Shown here piece by piece: positions 1-8,567 of a DNA stretch of 64,000 nucleotides (position 1 is the first letter of the stretch; the number at the start of each line of letters is the position of its first letter). Made by a program: the position numbers and the translations under genes. Under the pieces are notes generated by a model that did no database searches, had not been told where the DNA came from, and saw only the letters and a program-made list of their open reading frames with translations. The DNA comes from an uncultured virus (IMG/VR IMGVR_UViG_3300031088_000775) (lineage: Duplodnaviria > Heunggongvirae > Uroviricota > Caudoviricetes): the IMG/VR virus record IMGVR_UViG_3300031088_000775, one strand, 5' to 3'.

Positions 1-657
1 TTATTCTTCAGTTTTTGCTTTCGCGCTTTCCTGGATGTTTGAAGATAGTTTCACTGAATCAATTAGAGAGTAAGGGGAAAGTTTCCAACCTGATTCATCA
101 TAAATAAAATGAAGACTAAAACCAGAATTAGTGTCAGAATAAATTGACATTGGAACGAAAGCAGTTCCCGCTTCGCTATCAATATATACAGCAGACCAAG
201 CATCTGAAGAGACTGGCTCTACTTTTTCCGACTCACTCGACATAGTAACAACTGTGGAAAGAGTAATCAAAGATTGATATGTATTTGACTGTAGACTTTT
301 TGTATCCTCAAAAATATCTTTGAATCTCATTTTATCTTGAAGATCTTTGCTTACTGAAGAATAATCGCCCTTATCGATAGCGTTCATTCTTTCGTTAAAT
401 TCTAGATCCGAGTCAAGAGCTTCATTAAGAATTTGAGTCGAGACACTTAAAACATCTTTTCTGTTTTGATCATCATTCTTTCCTGTCAAGCTTCGTTCTA
501 CTGTCTCGGCACTAGCCTTCGATTCTTGAACAGTACCATTATCTTTCGTTGCAATTAAAGCAGTAATCCATATAGCAGCTATTACCAAACTTGTACAAAT
601 CAAAATAGACGTTGTAATGATTCTTTTATTACTTCTCGAAATTTTCTTCATCTTCAT
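1..657 (-). CDS. Hypothetical membrane-anchored exported protein
   Basis: 218-aa ORF with basic N-terminus plus one hydrophobic helix; overlaps the upstream ORF as in an operon. Confidence 0.75.
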   Translation of the reverse strand: MKMKKISRSNKRIITTSILICTSLVIAAIWITALIATKDNGTVQESKASAETVERSLTGKNDDQNRKDVLSVSTQILNEALDSDLEFNERMNAIDKGDYSSVSKDLQDKMRFKDIFEDTKSLQSNTYQSLITLSTVVTMSSESEKVEPVSSDAWSAVYIDSEAGTAFVPMSIYSDTNSGFSLHFIYDESGWKLSPYSLIDSVKLSSNIQESAKAKTEE

Positions 658-1111
658 TAGTTTCTTCCTCCTCGCGGTTCTTGTTTATATCGTATATGAC
701 AAGAGCCACTACAATCAAAATGCATACAGTAAACGCCGCGGCGATTATTATCCCTCTATTTTGATAAACCTCAACAAATTGCGGGAACCATTCAAACCCA
801 GCTTGAGAAAGAAGTTCTTGAATATTACTGTCCACGCCATTATCAACAAACCATTGGAGGCTTTCTTTGCCTCCAACAAGTTTTTCAACTCTTCCTAAGA
901 CAAAAAGAAGTGCTCCTGTAAAAATAAAAGGTAGAACGAATACAGCGGCGGCCCATGATGAAGGCTTTTTCCAAGCAGGAGTCTTTCTACTCTTCTTTTT
1001 CTTAGTTTTTTTGATGATTAAGCCTTTATCGTCTTCAGACGTGACTATATCGTCTTTATTCTGTAATATACCTTCAATAAAGTCTTTCTCGCTATTGTTA
1101 AGATTATCCAT
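629..1111 (-). CDS. Hypothetical membrane protein (2 TM)
   Basis: 160-aa ORF with two hydrophobic segments, tightly packed with neighbours. Confidence 0.75.
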   Translation of the reverse strand: MDNLNNSEKDFIEGILQNKDDIVTSEDDKGLIIKKTKKKKSRKTPAWKKPSSWAAAVFVLPFIFTGALLFVLGRVEKLVGGKESLQWFVDNGVDSNIQELLSQAGFEWFPQFVEVYQNRGIIIAAAFTVCILIVVALVIYDINKNREEEETNEDEENFEK

Positions 1112-1116
1112 TGTTT

Positions 1117-2388
1117 TTACCTCTCAAGACCCATAATGCTTCCGAGCGTTTTAATGAAATCATCGGAAACGCTTTTAACCATCTGAGTATCAATTTCTGA
1201 AGAATCAATCTGGGCTATAAGTCTTAGAGCGTCATTATATAACCCAGTTTGAATAGCTGTCTGTATAACTGAAATAGACAACTTGTTAGCAAGATCTATA
1301 TCAGAATCACTACCTGAATTAGAGTAGTCACCCGAAATATTTGATTCAACAAGCTTCTCGTCTGCGCTCTCGCTCCAATTAAGGGTAGTAGCAGATCGAG
1401 CCTTCGTCCAAACTCTATGCTTTTCTTCTAAATCGTTGAAAGACCTTTGATCCAACTCCATAGCATTAGCTAATTCAATATTAGTAAAATTCTTTTCTTC
1501 GCCATGTCTCTGTTTTAACGATTCGATAGCTCGAGAGCGTTGCCTCTGGAAGGCGCTCAAGTCTTTTCCTAAATGCTGAGTAGGTAGATCATAGGGCCAA
1601 CGTTTTAATACTGAATTAAGATAACCGCTGAATGGTACAGCAGATGATTCATCGAACTTCTCAATAGCAGTAAGAACCCAGATAGTTATCTGAGAATCTT
1701 GATCATCGGGGTCAGGGAGATAGATCTTTATAGTCTCCATCTCTCTCTTAACTAACGATTTACCAAAAACTTTATAGAATTTTACTAAACCATCAGAAAA
1801 ACTAGGAGTAAAATCAACAATCTCTCGACGCTTTGCTTCTGATCGAGAATATGTCTTGCCGTTTTCAGTTTTTCCAGGGTACTTCTTAACGATTGGTTCA
1901 ATAATACCTTTAACGTAGAAGGCATTAAGACAGTAAGCCTTATACTTACCAGGCTCTGCTTCTCTTACTCGAGCAACTCCTCTAAGAGCTTGAGCCACTT
2001 CTTCCGCAATAGCAGAATCACCATTAAAAGAGACAACTCCGATCTCTCTTAGTGGGGCCGCAAGAAAACCTTCCGTTTCAGTCTGATTATCCCAAATTCT
2101 TGGAGGAAAAAGAAAATCAACTAATTGTTCGTCACGTGGCAGACTATATTTTGTGTACCAACGATTTATAGACTCTAAAGAGAAACGGTAGGACTTCCCA
2201 GTTTCAGATTGAATAAGGCTACCATTCTTGAGGTTAGTTTCAATCCATTCATTAATTTCTTCTTCGTTTACTTTAGCAAGTTTTCTCCATTTTTGTACTG
2301 TATACCACATTCCATCCGAAATTATAGCACCTATACGAAAATCTACAGACTGCTTTTTAAAAGTATCTTTAGTAAAAAGTGCCTCCAT
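1117..2388 (-). CDS. Divergent sigma-70-family factor (FliA/WhiG-like region 2-3) with N-terminal extension
   Basis: TAIEKFDESSAVPFSGYLNSVLKRW resembles sigma region 2.3-2.4, followed by a region-3-like HTH (FTNIELANAMEL). Region 4 not recognisable. Confidence 0.6.
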   Translation of the reverse strand: MEALFTKDTFKKQSVDFRIGAIISDGMWYTVQKWRKLAKVNEEEINEWIETNLKNGSLIQSETGKSYRFSLESINRWYTKYSLPRDEQLVDFLFPPRIWDNQTETEGFLAAPLREIGVVSFNGDSAIAEEVAQALRGVARVREAEPGKYKAYCLNAFYVKGIIEPIVKKYPGKTENGKTYSRSEAKRREIVDFTPSFSDGLVKFYKVFGKSLVKREMETIKIYLPDPDDQDSQITIWVLTAIEKFDESSAVPFSGYLNSVLKRWPYDLPTQHLGKDLSAFQRQRSRAIESLKQRHGEEKNFTNIELANAMELDQRSFNDLEEKHRVWTKARSATTLNWSESADEKLVESNISGDYSNSGSDSDIDLANKLSISVIQTAIQTGLYNDALRLIAQIDSSEIDTQMVKSVSDDFIKTLGSIMGLER

Positions 2389-2709
2389 TTATCTGTTACT
2401 CCTTTTGATTTCTGAGCTTACTTGTGTGAAATGCGGGCTTAAAGCAGAATTCAGGTTAAAAATTTCTTTAAGCTTTAAAAAGAATTCCTCAACCGCTAAA
2501 TCAGAAATAATAAGAGGCTGCTGTATTTTATAAACAAACTCTCTCTTCATTCTTTCTTCACTAGAAAATTCTAGCGATTGCTCTCCCCCGAACACCTCTC
2601 TCATGCTCTTTTTTAAAGACTCTGTAGCTTTATTAGCATCTAAGTCTTCGTTAACGTGGAACGCCACATAGACGTTCATTCCATTTTTATTTAATCCATT
2701 CATAGCCAT
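2389..2709 (-). CDS. Hypothetical protein, probably leaderless transcript
   Basis: 106-aa ORF abutting the next gene; GGTAAAAT -10 element lies 6 nt before the ATG. Confidence 0.65.
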   Translation of the reverse strand: MAMNGLNKNGMNVYVAFHVNEDLDANKATESLKKSMREVFGGEQSLEFSSEERMKREFVYKIQQPLIISDLAVEEFFLKLKEIFNLNSALSPHFTQVSSEIKRSNR

Positions 2710-2745
2710 GTTCTCATTTTACCGAAAGTTTTCTCAAAAATGACA

Positions 2746-2780
2746 AAACCGCCTAACCGATTTTTCAGGTTAGGCGGTTT
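2746..2780 (-). terminator. Intrinsic terminator after sigma gene
   Basis: Perfect 13-bp inverted repeat AAACCGCCTAACC/GGTTAGGCGGTTT. Confidence 0.7.
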
Positions 2781-2796
2781 GCTGTAAAAATAAAAA

Positions 2797-3690
2797 TTAG
2801 TTAGTTAAAAAATGATTTAAAGTCAAGTCTTTCTTTGACAGTTCTTCATTAATCTCTTGAAGTGCTTCATTAAGAAGCTTCTTAAATTTCTGTGAAGTCA
2901 GATTATGAAGTTCTCGAACCTCTTTAGGGCTCCTTGGTTCCCCATCGAAATCAAGCATGAAAGAAGCACTTAAAATATCTTTCTTTACTTGAGAAACATT
3001 TTCAAGAGTCGAATTAAGAATTTCCATCAAACTATTGTTAACATAATGTTCTTCCGAAGATTTCTCCGCCTGAAGTTGCCCAACATAATCAATCAGCTCT
3101 TTTGAAGAACCGTCAGACTCATTAATAACTTTATTTAAACTTGAATGAGTAACCGCAGCATTCATAATATCCATGAACTCATTTTTAGTTAAGTTCAATT
3201 CTGCCATAACAAGATTATCAATCTCTGCTGGGGCGAATCCCTTTTCTTTTAACTCATCTTGAGTTCTCTTAATATTAATATAATCCGCAACTCTATTCTC
3301 GGGAAGTCTTACAAGTCTACCCGTAGAATTAGTACCTCTACCAATCGCCTGTCTGATCCAAGAGAAAGCAACTGTAGAGAATTTATTTCCCATTGTCGGG
3401 TCATATTTATAAACAGCTTTCATAAGACCTTCCATGCCCTCTTGAATCAAATCTTCAATATCTGGCGCTGATCGGAATCGTGATTTAAAATTTTGAGCTC
3501 TACTGATAACTAGAGGAATATTAGCTTGAACTAATTCTTCAACAGCCCGCTCACCAACAATAATAACTTCATGAAGTTCTTCTTTCTTCGTATTATCATT
3601 TAATTCCTCTAATTCATTCTTAGCTTTAATCATAGCCTGAATTTGGAATCCAAGAGCGAGCTCTTCGTCTTTACTTAAAAATTTAGTCAT
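2797..3690 (-). CDS. RNA polymerase sigma-70 factor (RpoD/SigB-like)
   Basis: LSKDEELAL (region 1.2), LVQANIPLV, DLIQEGMEGLMKAVYKYDPTMGNKFSTVAFSWIRQAI (region 2), RLVRLP. Region 4.2 is divergent. Confidence 0.9.
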   Translation of the reverse strand: MTKFLSKDEELALGFQIQAMIKAKNELEELNDNTKKEELHEVIIVGERAVEELVQANIPLVISRAQNFKSRFRSAPDIEDLIQEGMEGLMKAVYKYDPTMGNKFSTVAFSWIRQAIGRGTNSTGRLVRLPENRVADYINIKRTQDELKEKGFAPAEIDNLVMAELNLTKNEFMDIMNAAVTHSSLNKVINESDGSSKELIDYVGQLQAEKSSEEHYVNNSLMEILNSTLENVSQVKKDILSASFMLDFDGEPRSPKEVRELHNLTSQKFKKLLNEALQEINEELSKKDLTLNHFLTN

Positions 3691-3877
3691 AGTGACCCTT
3701 CACTTTACTTTATTAGCTAACTTACTTTTTCCTCGAAGTCGATTAATGTCTCCAAGGTGTTTTTACAACAAATTATTTAACAATAAAGGCTTAGGGGTTA
3801 TTCCTTTAAAGCCTTTATTGTTAAACTATAATATAGTACCAAATATTTTTCTGTTTTAACAATCTCTAAAAAATTAG

Positions 3878-4276
3878 TTAAATAAATCTTCCTTCAGAAT
3901 CTTCATCATCGAAGTAATTATCTGTAAAAGGCTTCAAGTCGTGATTGTCACCTTCCGATTCACTCTTATCAGCAAGGAAACCCTCTAGTTCTTCACTATA
4001 TTTAGTGGGATTTAATTCATTCTCATATTTTGCAACAGAGGTAGCTTCTTTAAAAATTTCAGAAACATCATTCAAAGACTGACGCGAATCAGAATATGAG
4101 GCCACGCGACTAACTACTCCCGTTTCAAGAAACTCATCCACGAGTCCTTTAATAGCTTTAGTGTCAGTATCGGTCAATGGTTTAACGCCCGACAAGTCTG
4201 GAGCTTCGAAATCCGACAAATCTTCACTTGGGATTGAACGCGAAACAGGTTCTTTCCGTTTTCGTTTGCCTAGCAT
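3878..4276 (-). CDS. Hypothetical acidic protein
   Basis: 132-aa ORF in a co-directional gene string. Confidence 0.65.
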   Translation of the reverse strand: MLGKRKRKEPVSRSIPSEDLSDFEAPDLSGVKPLTDTDTKAIKGLVDEFLETGVVSRVASYSDSRQSLNDVSEIFKEATSVAKYENELNPTKYSEELEGFLADKSESEGDNHDLKPFTDNYFDDEDSEGRFI

Positions 4277-4284
4277 ATAACCGC

Positions 4285-4713
4285 CTAACCTTCAGAAATA
4301 ACGAACTCTCCATTTCGTATTTGGAGAGAATTTACATTAATATCATTAATAATGAAATCAAGATTTATTCTATGCACAATCTCATCAATAAGTAAAATTA
4401 TATCATTTTCTAAGTTAGATTCAAAATTACCTAAATCTTGAAGAAATGATAAGCCAAAAGTAATCTTTAACTGATTATTTTCATCATAATAAAGCTTAAG
4501 TCGGCTTTTAAAAAAGTCACTATCAGCAATTTCATTAACAATTTGACCTGATTCTTCTTTTAAAAGATCAATTAAGTGTGACTTTAAAAGACTTTCCGAA
4601 AACTTAGTTTCTTTAAGAGCAAAATCCAAGAGCTCATTGGAAATCTCACTCTTCTCTAAACTAGACTCTGAAGCCTTTAGCCTTTCAAGCATATTAAGAA
4701 GTGATTTAGCCAC
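4285..4713 (-). CDS. Hypothetical protein
   Basis: 142-aa ORF with GTG start preceded by AGGAGA RBS. Confidence 0.65.
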   Translation of the reverse strand: MAKSLLNMLERLKASESSLEKSEISNELLDFALKETKFSESLLKSHLIDLLKEESGQIVNEIADSDFFKSRLKLYYDENNQLKITFGLSFLQDLGNFESNLENDIILLIDEIVHRINLDFIINDINVNSLQIRNGEFVISEG

Positions 4714-4749
4714 AACTCTCCTAATCTTTTTACAAACTCAATTATTTTA

Positions 4750-4980
4750 TCATCCAGCGTAAATTTTAAAAACATTCCAAATTATTTTACCAATAAAGTA
4801 AATTGCAGTTAGTGATCCGGCTACCCCTAGAAGAATCAAACCATATTTAGCCGTATTAACACTAACCGAACTCTTCGCCCTATGTCTTACTTTAATTTTA
4901 TCATCCGAACGGCCAATTTCTGCGGCTTGGCGGACTTCAGGGTCTTTAACCTTCTTTGTGACAAGAAATTCTTTGAACAT
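4750..4980 (-). CDS. Small membrane protein
   Basis: 76 aa with a C-terminal TM helix; start overlaps the upstream stop (TAATG). Confidence 0.65.
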   Translation of the reverse strand: MFKEFLVTKKVKDPEVRQAAEIGRSDDKIKVRHRAKSSVSVNTAKYGLILLGVAGSLTAIYFIGKIIWNVFKIYAG

Positions 4981-5546
4981 TACTGAACAACCTCTTCAAC
5001 TGAACTATCAATAACAACACCATAAATATTATTTTTAGGTACAATTATACCTTCACCCGGTTTACATGCACCTGAAACACAAACACCAACATACTCACTC
5101 TCTAGAAAATCCTTTTCAGGATCTTCAAAAAAGAAAGCTTCAGTCATTTTGCCTTTAACTGTTATAACCCCAGATTCCATCCACTTGACTTCACCATTAG
5201 GACCTGCTTTAACATTAATTACGGCAGCATTCTCAGTAGGAATGAATGCCTGCCCCAATTTATCAAAATGCCCCGTCTTAACTTCATTTTTGACATTCAC
5301 AAGTATTTCAGTATTTTCAGGAATTATCCCACCTGGAAAAGTATTTCCCTTAACGGGAACTAAGCCAGCCCCAGAAGTTGTCGGAACTACTCTCATTAAA
5401 GTCGACGCAAAACATAGATAAATAACAAATAAAGCTAAAAGACTAAAACCAAAAATTCCCCAGACACGCTTTACAAGTAAACCAGCAAAGGCGCTTTTCG
5501 CAACACGCACTTCCTGACCATTATTATCTTTCTTAGAAAATCCCAT
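4980..5546 (-). CDS. Membrane protein, possibly a degenerate S26/TraF-like peptidase fold
   Basis: N-terminal TM; C-terminal GIIVPKNNIYGVV resembles the S26 box-E tail, but the catalytic Ser/Lys are not evident. Confidence 0.45.
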   Translation of the reverse strand: MGFSKKDNNGQEVRVAKSAFAGLLVKRVWGIFGFSLLALFVIYLCFASTLMRVVPTTSGAGLVPVKGNTFPGGIIPENTEILVNVKNEVKTGHFDKLGQAFIPTENAAVINVKAGPNGEVKWMESGVITVKGKMTEAFFFEDPEKDFLESEYVGVCVSGACKPGEGIIVPKNNIYGVVIDSSVEEVVQ

Positions 5547-5583
5547 TCGTCTTCCTCTGAACTAGTTTTTATATAGACTAATA

Positions 5584-6111
5584 TCAGATGATTGCTAAAA
5601 CTACAAGAGCAACAAGAATAAGACCTAATACAGACGATTTAATCTTATTATCAAGAACCCACTCTTTATAGTCATTTATCTTTTCTTTAGTATTCTTCTT
5701 AGAGGATTCAGGCTGAACTCCATAAAAAGCTTTATTCGCATCATTTAATGCTGTGTTTAAAGTTTTAGTAAATTCTTTAGTCATCATAAAGTCTACCGAC
5801 TCACCATTGTTAGTAGAAACACGTAAAAGCGGTGGCTGAGATTTTAATGAATACTTATTTCTAGGGGCACCATTATCTTTGTATAGATTCACAATTTCCC
5901 AAGATATGACGCCTTCCTCTTGTTTAAAGATTCCAGTATCTTTAGAAAGAAAAATCTGTTCATCATCCCCTGAAAGGAACTCTAAATCATCATCTAAATA
6001 TTCGCTATCCAGTTCTTCGCTTACTGATTCTTTACTCATAGCTGTGTCTGTCTCACTTAAGCTATCAACCTCAAGATCAATATTATCTTTATCGTTTTTC
6101 TTTTTAGTCAT
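5584..6111 (-). CDS. Hypothetical tail-anchored membrane protein
   Basis: 175 aa with acidic N-terminus and a C-terminal TM helix. Confidence 0.7.
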   Translation of the reverse strand: MTKKKNDKDNIDLEVDSLSETDTAMSKESVSEELDSEYLDDDLEFLSGDDEQIFLSKDTGIFKQEEGVISWEIVNLYKDNGAPRNKYSLKSQPPLLRVSTNNGESVDFMMTKEFTKTLNTALNDANKAFYGVQPESSKKNTKEKINDYKEWVLDNKIKSSVLGLILVALVVLAII

Positions 6112-6113
6112 TC

Positions 6114-6929
6114 TTATTCAAGCCCTTCAAGTGGTTCAGTTCTTTCTAATTTTCCTACGTTCTTAAAGCCTGATTCACGAGATTCATTATACTCAGAATT
6201 AGGGTTCTTCCAAGTTGATAAAAGGTATTCATTATCTAGATTGCGGACCGAATAAACTTTCCACTCACCTTCATCATCAATCGCTGTAGTTATTGTTGCT
6301 GTTGTATTTATGTAATCTTTCTCAAGAATTGAGTAACTGCCATCCCACGTAGCGTCATTTGCAGTCATATCACGAACAATTTCTTTGCTATCAAAGACAA
6401 CATCAACTTCAATCGCTTTAACGTCATTTTCGTTAATATTTAAGAATTTTCCATTCTCGTGAGCGTTTACTTCATTGACGTTTGCTTCAATCGTCGCTAA
6501 ACGGTCAATTTCGAATGTATTTAACCATGAAGAAACTACTCTAGTGTCATATCTTAGAGGAGAATCTTTATGAATATAATTGTCTCTTGTCTCTAGGTAA
6601 GAGTCTGCCCGACTTTTAATGTAATCGTTACTTGAAGCATAACCCTCAACAAGAAGATAGCTCACATCAAGAATGCTGTCGCCATCTATAGAATCGGTTA
6701 TTACACCAAAGTTACCCGCCGACTTTATAAATTCTTCAGCTACATTCTCAGCTGCAAGGCGTTCTGATTCAGTCACCTCAACCGTGCTATCGATTGTCTC
6801 ATCAGAATCTTTCGGTATAAAAATAAAGATTGCAGCGCAAATAAGAGCTATAACGCTAAAGACACTTGTAATTAATATAGCTAACCTTTTATTATAACCT
6901 TTAGATTCTTTAATAAGATCATTATTCAT
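6114..6929 (-). CDS. Hypothetical exported/membrane-anchored protein (transfer region)
   Basis: 271 aa with an N-terminal TM and AAGGA RBS. Confidence 0.7.
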   Translation of the reverse strand: MNNDLIKESKGYNKRLAILITSVFSVIALICAAIFIFIPKDSDETIDSTVEVTESERLAAENVAEEFIKSAGNFGVITDSIDGDSILDVSYLLVEGYASSNDYIKSRADSYLETRDNYIHKDSPLRYDTRVVSSWLNTFEIDRLATIEANVNEVNAHENGKFLNINENDVKAIEVDVVFDSKEIVRDMTANDATWDGSYSILEKDYINTTATITTAIDDEGEWKVYSVRNLDNEYLLSTWKNPNSEYNESRESGFKNVGKLERTEPLEGLE

Positions 6930-6985
6930 AGGAATTGTTCCTTCTTTTAAAAACTTTAATTTATCTTACCAAAAAGAGTCTAATT

Positions 6986-8503
6986 TTAACCAATGTAACG
7001 GTAGCCATAATAAGGGCGGCCTCCAGTATCAACTAGATTTTCATTTAAATAAGATGATGGATCGATTGCTGCAACTCTATGAAGATATGAAGCGTGCGCA
7101 ATTGAATCAACGCCCTTGTAGTCTCCAATATACATAATAATGTGACCACGAGTTTTAGTGACCCAGATGTCTCCAGGCTGAGCTTCAGACTTTGTAGTGT
7201 AACGCTGCCATTTAGGGCTACTAGCAAGATACTGCCCTTGCTGGATTGTTGATCCCCAAGGTATATCAGGGTCCATAGTAAGCTTAGTAACTGTAGCTAC
7301 GAAACGGTCGCATGAAGCATAAAGATCTTTCATTCCGTCAGCACCATGCTCGCTCATTGCCTTAGCCTTAGCGTCTTTATACTCTTGTTTAGCTTTATTC
7401 TTACCCCAAGAGTCTCCACCTGAAACACGGCTTTGAGCATTCTTTTCATACGAAAGACTAATTGCAAGAGAAACAGCATCCGAAGTGTTTACTCCGCCAC
7501 CACTAGCCATAAGGCAAGAGCCACCTGAGCTACTGCTATAACCATTACTTTCGCCATGATTCTTTAAGAAATTGTTAGCATTCTTAAGGCGATTTTCCAT
7601 ATTATGAACGCCGGCTCTCTCAAATTTCTTTAGCCATATTTCTGTTAATTCATCGACAGACTTTGATTGATCGTTAAATCCTCCAGCAAGAAGATTTGAA
7701 CCTTCATATCCATCAAGCTCTTTCTTCAAGAACTTTAATTGAATATTTGGGTCTTTCCAGTCTCCACCCTCTTTTTCAGCAAAATTAGCAAAAGCTAACC
7801 TACGTGTATTATCCCACTGGACTAAACCTGCTGCTCTACCTGATGCTGTCCCTAAACCTTTAAGTTCAGAATTACTCATCCCCGATGGTGAGACCTTCGG
7901 CTGTACCGCCCCAGGAATCATTTGAGATTCAACCCACATATTGCCAATGATGGCTGCTGTCTGATTTAAAGTAAAAGGCTTGTTTCCCAAAAATGGATAG
8001 TTTGTAGTCATAAGAGTTGAGGCTACAGCATTAGCCATTTCCATTTTATCGGCTGATGTTTCAATTGTAGTGCCTGTATCACCATTACTATCAGGAATAC
8101 ATCCTTCAGCATTCTCATTTTTACCAATAATATGAGTTCCCGCGGTAATCGAAATAAGACTTAAAATAATTACTACTACAACAGCCATAACAATGAGGCT
8201 AATTGGGTTTAAGAAAACTGATATTAAACTAGCTATTCCAGTTTTAATAGATCCAATTGTGTTTGTAGCGACAACTTTAGCGTTTTTTACTTTTTCTATA
8301 GCAGCTTTAGCTTTTTCAGCCTTTTCAAGAACCTCTCTTTGAGATTCCGAAAGATTTTCACGGGCCGCATTACCTAAAACCGACTTAGCGCCATCTTTAA
8401 AAGAAGACTTTCCCGAGCCCGACTCGGAAGTCTGAGATTTACTCTCATTCTCCTCAATAGACTCTGAATCTTCTCGCGATTCATTGTTCTTTTCATCAGA
8501 CAT
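6986..8503 (-). CDS. Conjugation cell-wall hydrolase (VirB1-like): phage-tail-lysozyme domain plus NlpC/P60-amidase domain
   Basis: TM anchor; AAIIGNMWVES...GLVQWD...QLKFLKKEL...FERAG (Phage_lysozyme2-type); C-terminal SCDRFVA...GDIW...GHIIMYIG Cys/His dyad. Confidence 0.85.
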   Translation of the reverse strand: MSDEKNNESREDSESIEENESKSQTSESGSGKSSFKDGAKSVLGNAARENLSESQREVLEKAEKAKAAIEKVKNAKVVATNTIGSIKTGIASLISVFLNPISLIVMAVVVVIILSLISITAGTHIIGKNENAEGCIPDSNGDTGTTIETSADKMEMANAVASTLMTTNYPFLGNKPFTLNQTAAIIGNMWVESQMIPGAVQPKVSPSGMSNSELKGLGTASGRAAGLVQWDNTRRLAFANFAEKEGGDWKDPNIQLKFLKKELDGYEGSNLLAGGFNDQSKSVDELTEIWLKKFERAGVHNMENRLKNANNFLKNHGESNGYSSSSGGSCLMASGGGVNTSDAVSLAISLSYEKNAQSRVSGGDSWGKNKAKQEYKDAKAKAMSEHGADGMKDLYASCDRFVATVTKLTMDPDIPWGSTIQQGQYLASSPKWQRYTTKSEAQPGDIWVTKTRGHIIMYIGDYKGVDSIAHASYLHRVAAIDPSSYLNENLVDTGGRPYYGYRYIG

Positions 8504-8567
8504 TTTTTGGGAAAGTCTCCTTTTTATTTCTATATTCTGTTATAATGATTATCAACTAGAGTCAATC

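Noticed and set aside
6986..8503. Phage virion tail lysin indicating a prophage structural module
   Set aside because: TM-anchored and adjacent to VirB6 and other conjugation genes, with no capsid, tail or terminase genes in the window. Better explained as a VirB1-like hydrolase.
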